This document shows positions 56,010-64,000 of a DNA stretch of 64,000 nt, piece by piece. Origin of the DNA: a virus. The notes beneath the pieces were generated by a model. The model was not told where the DNA came from. It saw nothing but the letters and a program-made list of their open reading frames with translations, and did not search any database. The position numbers were made by a program, and so were the translations under genes. Position 1 is the stretch's first letter. Every line of letters begins with the position of its first letter. The stretch is taken from IMG/VR virus record IMGVR_UViG_3300009164_000001, positions 19,557-83,556 of that record, one strand, 5' to 3'.

Positions 56010-57912
56010 TTCTATCTATGTAGTTAATGGTAAAGATAATCTCTTTGATCACCCATTGAATTCATGTACAATGCAGGAATGTGTAACGTATTTGCAATCT
56101 ATCCCCTTAATTGCAGTAGATACTGAGACCGAAGGTTTCGACTTCACAGGCAAACGATTGTTAATGATTCAAGTTGGGGATAAAGACAAGCAGTTTGTCA
56201 TTGATTACAGAGTAACTAGTAAACAAGACATAGCATTGTTGAAATCTGTTTTAGAAGATGATTCTAAAATTAAGATACTTCATAATGCTAAGTTTGATTA
56301 CAAGTTCCTCAAGTTCTATTGTAATATCAGCCTTAATAATGTGTACGACACATTCTTGGTGGAGAAGATATTACACTGTGGTAAGGACGATTATGGTTTT
56401 GCTCTTGGCAAGCTTACTCAAAGGTATTTAAACGTCACTCTCAATAAAGAAGTACGTAACAGATTCGTAGACCTTGGTAGTAATCCATTCACTGTTGATC
56501 AAATGGTGTATGGTGCTAAAGATGTAGAATATCTAATCGATATCTATCACAAACAACAGCCTGATATCGAGCTTAAGAGACTACGAAGTGTAGTTAGGCT
56601 TGAGAATGAAGCTGTTGTAGTTTTCTCTGAGATTGAGTATGAAGGATTAATCCTTGATACTGATGCTTGGCAAAAACTTGCAGTCAGAAACAAAGCCATG
56701 TCTATTCAGCTTGAGAAAGAGCTGGACAAGTCATTGGTTGCTGATGAAAGGTTTACGAAATACAAGGCACAAAAGCAGTTGGATATGTTTACTGCTGTAG
56801 AAGATTTGAAAGAGTCTACAGTTAAGTGGTCGTCCCCAACTCAAGTGGTTAAGATTTTCAGACAGTTAGTACCTGAGCTTGAGAATGCTAATGGTAAGAA
56901 GCTTGCACCTTATAGGTTTAAGCATGCTCTTATCGATGAGTATATCAAGTATAAGGAGAAGGATAAGTTATCATCTGCATTTGGAGATAACTTCTACACA
57001 TTCCTTAGTGCTGACAAGAAAGTTAGAACGAATTTCACACAAATCCTGGACACAGGTCGTGTTAGTAGTTCTGAGCCCAATATGCAACAAATACCTGCTA
57101 CTAACGAGTACAGAAATTGCTTTGTGGCCCCTGAAGGTTATGTGTTTGTATCTAGTGACTACTCATCACAAGAACTAAATGTAATAGCATATGGTTCTCA
57201 AGATCCTGTGTTTCTAAAAGCTCTCGAAAATAATGAAGACTTGCACTCAGTATGTGCAGAGTTAGTATTCGGAGAAGTATGGAAGAATGCAGCAGAAGAG
57301 GATTGTGCCTATTACAAAACGAAAGAGAAGTGTGACTGTAAAACTCACAAGAAATTAAGAACTCAAGTTAAGACAATCAATTTTGGATTGGCTTACGGTA
57401 TGGGGCCTAAGAAGTTATCTGAAACAATCAATTGCTCTACAAAAGAAGCAAAGGATTTGATTACTAAGTACTTCAAAGCTTTCCCTAAAATTGAGGCATT
57501 CTTAAGTGGTCTTGGTGAGTTTGGAAAGAAACACGGTTACATTGAGACTTTCCCCCCATTCAAGAGGAAGAGGTGGTTTAACAGTTGGACTCCAAAGATG
57601 TACAGTGATAAAGATAGCTTTATGGAACTGGGATCAATTGAGAGAGCATCTAAGAACACACCGATTCAAGGCAGTTCAGCTGATATGACTAAGCTTGCAT
57701 TAGTTCTCATTTACAGGTGTATCAGGGAAAACAATTTACCTGTTAAAATAATCATGACCGTTCATGATCAGATTGACACAGTTTGCCCAAGAGATTATGC
57801 AGATGAATGGAAACTACAAATGACTGAGCTTATGAATACAGCAGCTGAAGTTGTTATTAAGAATGGATTGTTGAAAGCAGAAACATCAATTACTAACGTA
57901 TGGAGCAAGTAG
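55996..57912 (+). CDS. polA: Family A DNA polymerase with 3'-5' exonuclease
   Basis: Exo DTET, HNAKFD, YGAKD; TGRVSSSEPNMQQIP; motif A DYSSQEL, motif B R..KTINFGLAYG, motif C VHDQI; likely ATG at 55996. Confidence 0.95.
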   Translation: MKSSDSIYVVNGKDNLFDHPLNSCTMQECVTYLQSIPLIAVDTETEGFDFTGKRLLMIQVGDKDKQFVIDYRVTSKQDIALLKSVLEDDSKIKILHNAKFDYKFLKFYCNISLNNVYDTFLVEKILHCGKDDYGFALGKLTQRYLNVTLNKEVRNRFVDLGSNPFTVDQMVYGAKDVEYLIDIYHKQQPDIELKRLRSVVRLENEAVVVFSEIEYEGLILDTDAWQKLAVRNKAMSIQLEKELDKSLVADERFTKYKAQKQLDMFTAVEDLKESTVKWSSPTQVVKIFRQLVPELENANGKKLAPYRFKHALIDEYIKYKEKDKLSSAFGDNFYTFLSADKKVRTNFTQILDTGRVSSSEPNMQQIPATNEYRNCFVAPEGYVFVSSDYSSQELNVIAYGSQDPVFLKALENNEDLHSVCAELVFGEVWKNAAEEDCAYYKTKEKCDCKTHKKLRTQVKTINFGLAYGMGPKKLSETINCSTKEAKDLITKYFKAFPKIEAFLSGLGEFGKKHGYIETFPPFKRKRWFNSWTPKMYSDKDSFMELGSIERASKNTPIQGSSADMTKLALVLIYRCIRENNLPVKIIMTVHDQIDTVCPRDYADEWKLQMTELMNTAAEVVIKNGLLKAETSITNVWSK

Positions 57913-58253
57913 AAAGAGAAAAAATTCAAGTACTAACATTATTAATGTGGTTACAAACTGCTGTTTATGCTGCAGATGAATGTCAAGAGATTAAATGGTT
58001 TAATACTAAACGTAGTAAGCAACTATTAAAAGCAACTGTAGACACTATTCTGAAAGAACATGGTAAAGTCTTCATGAGTTTATGGGATACTGACGGGGTT
58101 CAAATGCCAGAAGTTACCAGAGCTATTGAAGAATTCACTAAACTCTTATCTACTACTGACTATTACAAACTGCCTGAGGTATCAGCTCTTATCAGAGCTT
58201 ATCAAGCAGGAGAATTCGAAGAAACTTTTAATCCTATAAAAAATGAACATTGA
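57900..58253 (+). CDS. Hypothetical protein
   Basis: Overlapping packed ORF. Confidence 0.6.
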   Translation: MEQVEREKIQVLTLLMWLQTAVYAADECQEIKWFNTKRSKQLLKATVDTILKEHGKVFMSLWDTDGVQMPEVTRAIEEFTKLLSTTDYYKLPEVSALIRAYQAGEFEETFNPIKNEH

Positions 58254-58569
58254 TAAGCTAATAGCTGAGGCATACGACTCAATGATGAGAACTAAAGGTA
58301 GAGAACATGCCCCTACTTCAGCTGAGATACAAGCATGGATAGATAAAAAGAAATCTACTGTAGAAATAAGTAATCGTAAAGCTATATTCTCAGAGCTTGC
58401 TCACTATGACCATCTTAGTAAACCTGATGACTTCATAGAGGTAACAGAGTGGTCTAATGGAGAAGGTTATGATGTAGAGATTGCTACCTCACTTGGTTCT
58501 AGATTCCAGTTAACACATGGGCAGTATGCTGCACTAAAAGATTTAATTACTAAATTAGAAACACAATGA
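58243..58569 (+). CDS. Hypothetical protein
   Basis: FIEVTEWSNGEGYDV motif. Confidence 0.6.
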   Translation: MNIDKLIAEAYDSMMRTKGREHAPTSAEIQAWIDKKKSTVEISNRKAIFSELAHYDHLSKPDDFIEVTEWSNGEGYDVEIATSLGSRFQLTHGQYAALKDLITKLETQ

Positions 58570-58805
58570 ACAGTAACTTACCAGCAGGGGCAGAAAATGA
58601 CCCTAACCAACCATGGGATACTTCAGAGAAGTATTGCCGTGTTTGTGAATCTGATTCTATTGGAGATCTAGTTGATACATATTTAGCAGAACACCCTAAC
58701 TGTGAAGATTGGGATGCTGCTTATGAGAAGCTAGAAGAAAATGAACAGATTGGATTATGTAGACATTGTCATTGGGAAGAAATGGGGGAATGGGACAATG
58801 ATTAA
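58566..58805 (+). CDS. Small zinc-binding protein
   Basis: NLPAGAENDP..PW; CRVC and CRHC pairs. Confidence 0.6.
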   Translation: MNSNLPAGAENDPNQPWDTSEKYCRVCESDSIGDLVDTYLAEHPNCEDWDAAYEKLEENEQIGLCRHCHWEEMGEWDND

Positions 58806-59094
58806 TCCAGATAAAATCCAATTAATAGTAAAGCATCTTATAGATAAGATGTTTGAATGTGCTAATCTTGATGTTAAGTATGAGGATTTACTAGATCGTA
58901 AAGACGACTGGTATGCCCAGTATACAATAACACAGGAGCAGTATGAGGTATGGAGAGACTACTCCATTAAGTACATCAAGAAAGAAAAGAAAGTACCAAT
59001 GAAGTATGCTGAACGAGAGTTTGCATGGTTCAATCTTTCTTACGGGCTAAAAGTGGAGCAGCCTGAGCCTCCCGAAACAGATAACATAAATTAA
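58798..59094 (+). CDS. Hypothetical protein
   Basis: Likely start MINPDK (ATGA overlap); WFNLSYGLK. Confidence 0.6.
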   Translation: MINPDKIQLIVKHLIDKMFECANLDVKYEDLLDRKDDWYAQYTITQEQYEVWRDYSIKYIKKEKKVPMKYAEREFAWFNLSYGLKVEQPEPPETDNIN

Positions 59095-59095
59095 C

Positions 59096-59266
59096 GTGAA
59101 AAAGTTATTCATTCTTATACTTGTGTTTGCTTCATGTAAGCAGGCACCAGTAAACATTACAGTTCATTGTCCAGAAACAAAGGATACAACGAAACTGTTT
59201 GACTTAGAGACTGTAGGTACTACAACAGATCCAACAGAAGAAGAACTTAATCAATTAAACAATTAA
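59096..59266 (+). CDS. Small lipoprotein (56 aa)
   Basis: Hand translation from GTG: MKKLFILILVFASC lipobox. Confidence 0.55.
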   Translation: MKKLFILILVFASCKQAPVNITVHCPETKDTTKLFDLETVGTTTDPTEEELNQLNN

Positions 59267-59272
59267 AACAAA

Positions 59273-59575
59273 ATGGTTATAACAATCGTAATTTTATCAA
59301 TAATAGTTGTAATACTATTATTTGTTGTTCTTATTGCATCTCATGCAACTCAAAGACTTATCAGAGAGATTAAGTACCAAGAAGACATCATTGAAGCTAA
59401 GAATGAGGCTTTATCGTATTATGTAGAAGCTTATCAAGAGAAGTTTGATGACTTAATGAATCTTAAAGTTGCTATAGCTAAGAAGAAACCTGTTGGCCGA
59501 CCTAAAGGTTCTAAGAACAAGGTTACTAAACCTAAGTTCGATAAGGTTAAGTTCAACGACAAATACGGGAAGTAA
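59273..59575 (+). CDS. Membrane-anchored coiled-coil protein with AT-hook-like motif
   Basis: N-terminal TM; KKPVGRPKGSKNK. Confidence 0.6.
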   Translation: MVITIVILSIIVVILLFVVLIASHATQRLIREIKYQEDIIEAKNEALSYYVEAYQEKFDDLMNLKVAIAKKKPVGRPKGSKNKVTKPKFDKVKFNDKYGK

Positions 59576-59760
59576 TGCCGGATCTGTCAATGTGTAAAGG
59601 GGTTAATTGCCCCCTTGCCTTTAACTGTTACAGGTTTACAGCTAAGGCTAATCCTTATCGACAGTCTTATATGACTGAAACTCCATGGAATGAGGAGAAA
59701 AAGGAATGTGAATATTATTTACCAAACGAAAAGATTAAAGTTAAATCAGATGACAAATGA
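59575..59760 (+). CDS. Small Cys-rich phage protein
   Basis: MPDLSMC....CP....CYRF......QSY...CEYY. Confidence 0.65.
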   Translation: MPDLSMCKGVNCPLAFNCYRFTAKANPYRQSYMTETPWNEEKKECEYYLPNEKIKVKSDDK

Positions 59761-60326
59761 TCAAGAAAAAAAAGAAAGTAAAACAGATTTACTCAACAAG
59801 AAGGAAGAACCAAATCTTAGCTATGATAGAAGCTTCACGGGATTCCTCGATAAGCTTTACGAAGTCACGAGACCCACTGGATATAGCAGAGATGATGCTG
59901 AAGATAGTGGAGCATCTCTTTGCAATTCCGAGAGCTGAGTTCTTAACTAACAGTAGACTTAGAGATCATGTAGTTAGACGTTGTTTAGTTGCTAATCTTG
60001 TTCTTACTTATACAGATCTTAGAGATGCAGCTATTGGTAGTATTATCACTCGTGATAGAACTTCTGCTTTGCATATGTTTAGGCTCCATGATGACTTAAT
60101 GATTGTAGACAAAACTTACAAGGATTGGTTTGAGAGAGCTTCTAGTTTGTATGCAAGAGCTAATTTTATTCCTCACATTGATGATGTCACAATGGATAGC
60201 ATTATCGAGAGAATAATCAAGCTTAATGAAGAAGTAGAAACTCTTAATGGAATGCTAGGTAACCTATTAGTTAACGTAAAATCTAAAGACAATGTCACAA
60301 GTACAGAACAAGCTCTTACTGATTAA
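59757..60326 (+). CDS. DnaA C-terminal-like HTH protein
   Basis: SR.RDHV..R......T.L....IG....RDRTSALH resembles DnaA domain IV. Confidence 0.65.
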   Translation: MIKKKKKVKQIYSTRRKNQILAMIEASRDSSISFTKSRDPLDIAEMMLKIVEHLFAIPRAEFLTNSRLRDHVVRRCLVANLVLTYTDLRDAAIGSIITRDRTSALHMFRLHDDLMIVDKTYKDWFERASSLYARANFIPHIDDVTMDSIIERIIKLNEEVETLNGMLGNLLVNVKSKDNVTSTEQALTD

Positions 60327-61491
60327 AGATCAAGAGCAAAAGAAGGCATTGAATGCTTGGAAAGATGAAGGCTACATAGGTACTGTTATAGCTGGTACAG
60401 GATTCGGGAAGAGTCGTGTTGGTGTTATTGCCTGTGGAGCTATGATTCGTAAACATGGAGGTAGAGGCTTGGTCTTAGTCCCTACTAATCAATTGCAAGA
60501 CCAGTTTGAAGAAGAATTCAAGAAGTGGGGTTATGAAGATGTGTTAGAGAGTGTAGATATTCTATGCTATGCATCAGCTCATAAACTTCGAGGTGTTTCC
60601 TACACTGTTACAGTAGCAGATGAGGTTCACCTTGGTTTGTCCCCAATTTATCGAGAAGTATTCTTACAAAATGACCACGAAAGACTTCTTTGTATGACTG
60701 CCACTGCCCCAGAGGAAGAGGAGTACAAAGATTTACTTGATGATATAGCCCCAACGGTTTATACCATTACCCTAGATGAGTGTGTACAGAAAGGATTAGT
60801 GGCCCCTTACACTATTCACTGTGTCCCCGTTCCATTGTTAGATTCAGAGAGAGATGCTTACAAGGCTGCAAACAATGCCTTTGTTCATTATAAGTATCAC
60901 CTTGGGATGTACAATGCTTTCGAGGAAGCAGGTAGAATATTGAAGGACCCTAATGCTAGTCCTGTACAGAAGAAGAATGCAACTTTGTTCTACAAAGCTA
61001 TTCGAGATAGGAAGGAAGTAGTTCAGAAGGCTCATAACAAAATTCTTTATACTGCAATGATAGCTCAGACTAAAGCAGATAAGAAAATACTAACGTTTGC
61101 CGGAACTAACGAATTTACCAATCAAATGTATACAGAGTTGAATGAAAATGGTTGCAATGCAGCTAGGTATCACTCAGCTCTTGGTAAAAAAGAGAAGGAC
61201 AAAGCTCTCAAGGATTTCAGAGAAAATGAGGTACGAATACTGTGTTCTACAAAGGCATTGAATCAAGGATTCGATATACCTGATGCACAGCTTGGAATCA
61301 TCTGTGGCCTTGATAGCAAAGCATTAGCCATGATTCAGAGAGTGGGTAGATTGTTACGACTTAGTCCAGATAAAACTGGTGAAGTAGTAATCTTATACGT
61401 AAAAGACTCTCAGGAAGAAAAGTGGTTAAGAAGTTCCATCGAAAGTTTATCAAATATAGTTTGGTGTTCGGATATTTCTTCTTATATTTGA
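60292..61491 (+). CDS. Superfamily 2 helicase
   Basis: GTGFGKS, DEVH, MTAT, LNQGFDIP, QRVGRLLR. Confidence 0.9.
   Translation: MSQVQNKLLLIKDQEQKKALNAWKDEGYIGTVIAGTGFGKSRVGVIACGAMIRKHGGRGLVLVPTNQLQDQFEEEFKKWGYEDVLESVDILCYASAHKLRGVSYTVTVADEVHLGLSPIYREVFLQNDHERLLCMTATAPEEEEYKDLLDDIAPTVYTITLDECVQKGLVAPYTIHCVPVPLLDSERDAYKAANNAFVHYKYHLGMYNAFEEAGRILKDPNASPVQKKNATLFYKAIRDRKEVVQKAHNKILYTAMIAQTKADKKILTFAGTNEFTNQMYTELNENGCNAARYHSALGKKEKDKALKDFRENEVRILCSTKALNQGFDIPDAQLGIICGLDSKALAMIQRVGRLLRLSPDKTGEVVILYVKDSQEEKWLRSSIESLSNIVWCSDISSYI
61483..61490 (+). promoter_or_regulatory. Possible -7 element (TATATTTG)
   Basis: At the end of the helicase gene, 37 nt upstream of the next ATG. Confidence 0.4.
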
Positions 61492-61527
61492 ATACGATTA
61501 CTTATAGAAAGTATAAAAGAAACTTTT

Positions 61528-62091
61528 ATGATCATTGAAATTGATACAGAAAAGCTTGTAAATCATGGGTTTACAGCTGACGAGTTTTTATTCTTATCTA
61601 TGCTTAGTCGTGACCTTGATTCTAGTGACTTAAAGTTAATTATTGACCGTGAGAAATTGCAAACCAACGGTTGGATTAAGTTGGGAGAGGAGGACGAATG
61701 TACATTGAGAGAAAAATTTAACGACGAATTCTCAAGTACAGAAGATGTCATATGGCACGGCCTCCTTTCTCACTATCCACTCAAAGTAATTGCAAATGGA
61801 GCAGTCAGAATACTTAGAGCTAAAGATCCCAGCTCTAAGGCAAATGCAAAGGCAAAATCCCGTTATCTCAAATACATAGGAAAGGACAAGAAAAAGCACG
61901 AACACGTTATAGAGTGTCTGCAACGAGAGCTCCTATTACGTAAGAGAGGCAATAACTTAGGATTTATGCAGCAGCTAGAAACATGGATTAATAATCACAC
62001 ATGGGAGAAGTACAGTGATTTAAGTGATGGAGAATCAAAATCAACAACTGAGTCATCAGGCTCAGAAAGTAGAATCACAAGACAACTTTGA
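61528..62091 (+). CDS. Putative replication initiator / helicase loader
   Basis: W...YP...KA...Y...FMQQLETWINNHTWE; directly upstream of DnaB. Confidence 0.5.
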   Translation: MIIEIDTEKLVNHGFTADEFLFLSMLSRDLDSSDLKLIIDREKLQTNGWIKLGEEDECTLREKFNDEFSSTEDVIWHGLLSHYPLKVIANGAVRILRAKDPSSKANAKAKSRYLKYIGKDKKKHEHVIECLQRELLLRKRGNNLGFMQQLETWINNHTWEKYSDLSDGESKSTTESSGSESRITRQL

Positions 62092-63004
62092 CGACTCGTT
62101 AAAGGATTTTAGACACATCTCTCATTCAGTAGACAAATCAATAGAAGAAATTAAGCTTGCTCAAACAGGGCAACGAATTGTCTTCCCTACTGGATGGTCG
62201 AGATTGGATAAGAATCTTCTTGGAGGTTTGCAGAAAGGTAAGATGTACGTTATTGCCGGTCGTCCTGGTGTAGGTAAATCTGCATTTTCAAACCAATTAA
62301 TCTTTGATGTATTAGATAGAAACAAAGACAAGAAAGTAATAGTACTGTACTGGACGTTCGAGATGCCTGACTATCAGCAGATCATGAGAGCTGCATCGAA
62401 CAAGGCTCAACTCCAGTTTTCACAGTTATACAGTGTCGACCAAAAGTTATCTGACGATGGATTAAAGAAGTATGAAGATGCAGTAGACAGCTATAGGAAG
62501 TATCCTATCTTTTTCTGCTCTATTCCACAGAACATGGTGAAGATTAAAGAGATTAACAACAGAGTGTATCAAAAGCACCCTGAACACACAATCATTAATC
62601 TTTATGACCATTCGAGATTGATTCTAGGTTCAGAAGACACAGAGCTTCAGAAACTAAATCAAGTATCGAAGACATGTATGTGGTTGCAAGCACGAATGGG
62701 TAGTATCTCTATCCTGTTGTCACAGCTAAACAGGAATATCGAGCAAGAGTATCGTGCCAAACAACAGTATCAACCACAACTTACAGACCTATTTGGTGGT
62801 GATTCTATTGGGCAAGATGCTCACGTAGTGATGATGCTACAAAGACCATTCGACCTTTACGGTATTACAGACAGCTATTGTGGAGAAGATCCTGAAGGAC
62901 TTCTAGCCTGTCATATCGAGAAGAATCGTGATGGTCAATTGGGTATGATTCCCTACGAAGCTGATTTGTCAACATTCAATTTGACAGAAAGAGTAAAAAA
63001 GTAA
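62027..63004 (+). CDS. dnaB: DnaB-like replicative helicase (C-terminal domain only)
   Basis: PTGW..LD, GRPGVGKS, FEM, LSQLNR, IGQDA, KNRDG. Confidence 0.9.
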   Translation: MENQNQQLSHQAQKVESQDNFDDSLKDFRHISHSVDKSIEEIKLAQTGQRIVFPTGWSRLDKNLLGGLQKGKMYVIAGRPGVGKSAFSNQLIFDVLDRNKDKKVIVLYWTFEMPDYQQIMRAASNKAQLQFSQLYSVDQKLSDDGLKKYEDAVDSYRKYPIFFCSIPQNMVKIKEINNRVYQKHPEHTIINLYDHSRLILGSEDTELQKLNQVSKTCMWLQARMGSISILLSQLNRNIEQEYRAKQQYQPQLTDLFGGDSIGQDAHVVMMLQRPFDLYGITDSYCGEDPEGLLACHIEKNRDGQLGMIPYEADLSTFNLTERVKK

Positions 63005-63021
63005 ATTAATAAATTGACTCA

Positions 63022-63693
63022 ATGGAACTAATCAAGAGCATTTGTATAGACACACTGACGGCTATACAGAATGAAGATTTTATGAGAGATAAAAAGAAGC
63101 CTGGCCACGATCAATGGAAAGATTATGGTCAAGACATTTATACTTTCATGTCAGACATTCAGCAGTTAGGATTCGAGATCATCTTAATCTTGGGAGAGCC
63201 TGGTACAGGTAAGTCTTCAGGAATGAGAACTCTTGCCCCTAATACCAACATTTGGTACAATGCTGACAATAAGAATCCAGTGTGGGAGGGAGGCAAAGCT
63301 GAGTACGGCAAGAAAGCTGCACCTAGATCTCCGTATCACGTAATCCCAACAGATTATGCTGGTATAATTAACCACATCAAAGGGGGGATAAGCAAGGGCT
63401 TACTTGCCGATGAGAGATATGCATTTATCACTGGTCATACCGAAACTTATAAGGTTGGTAACGACACCAAAGAACGTCTTAAGATTTTAGGTAAGTTAGG
63501 TACTAAAATGCAGTTAGAGGGTAAGATGGAGACTGTACTTTATTCAAGAGTAGAGATGGAGGGAGGTAACCCCAAGTATGTTCTAGAGACTCAGAATAAT
63601 GGCTTTAACACTGCTCGTAGCCCACAGAACTTGTTCGAGGGTAAAATCAACAATGATTATCAGATGATAATCGACAAACTTTCAAATTACTAA
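63022..63693 (+). CDS. AAA_24/Sak4-like ATPase with rearranged motif order
   Basis: ICIDT precedes GEPGTGKS; FITGHTE, TARSP, IND. Confidence 0.75.
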   Translation: MELIKSICIDTLTAIQNEDFMRDKKKPGHDQWKDYGQDIYTFMSDIQQLGFEIILILGEPGTGKSSGMRTLAPNTNIWYNADNKNPVWEGGKAEYGKKAAPRSPYHVIPTDYAGIINHIKGGISKGLLADERYAFITGHTETYKVGNDTKERLKILGKLGTKMQLEGKMETVLYSRVEMEGGNPKYVLETQNNGFNTARSPQNLFEGKINNDYQMIIDKLSNY

Positions 63694-63711
63694 TTTTAAA
63701 ATCTTAAAAAA

Positions 63712-64000
63712 ATGGCTATCGAAGCTAACATTCAACAAAATCCAACTGTTGCAAATAATGCAACAACTGACGGACCAATCGTATTAACGGTAACAGGAAT
63801 TATCAATGACTTAAACGATGGTATCGATCGTGATGGTATTGCAACTAAGTATGGCTTGACTAAAGCTGAAGTTACTGAGTTGTTCAAGCACCCTAAATTG
63901 GTAGGTCTTCGTGCTCGTAAGAAGATTGCTGTACGTTTTACATTGGTAGATGATACTATCATCAGTAAGTCTAATGCTAATGATTTAGATAACGTAGATC
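63712..64000 (+). CDS. Hypothetical HTH-like protein, 3' truncated
   Basis: Hand translation MAIEANIQQ...GIDRDGIATKYGLTKAEVTELFKHPKL, open to the window edge. Confidence 0.6.
   Translation, partial: MAIEANIQQNPTVANNATTDGPIVLTVTGIINDLNDGIDRDGIATKYGLTKAEVTELFKHPKLVGLRARKKIAVRFTLVDDTIISKSNANDLDNVD

Noticed and set aside
40676-57912. Introns or inteins in terL and polA
   Set aside because: Both are uninterrupted and of normal length, with no intein or homing endonuclease motifs seen
59690-59938. 82-aa ORF overlapping the DnaA-like gene
   Set aside because: The alternative frame carries the recognisable domain; this frame has no features
1-64000. Stop-codon reassignment as in some crAss-like phages
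   Set aside because: Genes are full length and densely packed under code 11; no canonical suppressor tRNA seen

Overview
The window is part of an AT-rich crAss-like (Crassvirales-type) podophage genome. Its host is probably a Bacteroidota species, inferred from gene content and TAnnTTTG promoter elements. Positions 1 to ~50,030 are a minus-strand late block. In transcription order it holds small genes, a tail fibre, lysis genes, GroES, HU/IHF-like, TerL, portal, Dps-like, two modular proteins, putative scaffold, major capsid, ring/hub/fibre genes, the tail stabilization (muzzle) protein and four very large virion-cargo genes. The last cargo gene runs off the left edge, is missing from the ORF track and carries a zincin HExxH motif. 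After a strand switch at ~50,450, the plus strand holds small early genes interleaved with dense structured non-coding RNA, then PolA, an SF2 helicase, DnaB and an AAA ATPase. The standard genetic code fits, and I saw no CRISPR, integrase, intron or intein. The main leads are: (1) a ~700-nt non-coding block with two tRNA-shaped RNAs whose D, anticodon and variable arms are greatly expanded, plus a nearby twister-like ribozyme and other multi-stem RNAs; (2) about 25 [YFM]xxGG-type motifs concentrated in four putative virion proteins, separating shuffled modules and suggesting polyprotein processing or capsid targeting; (3) near-leaderless late promoters; (4) an AAA ATPase whose Walker B lies before Walker A; (5) a promoter-linked ~240-nt structured RNA candidate. 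All product calls come from motif recognition and gene order by eye, not from database searches.
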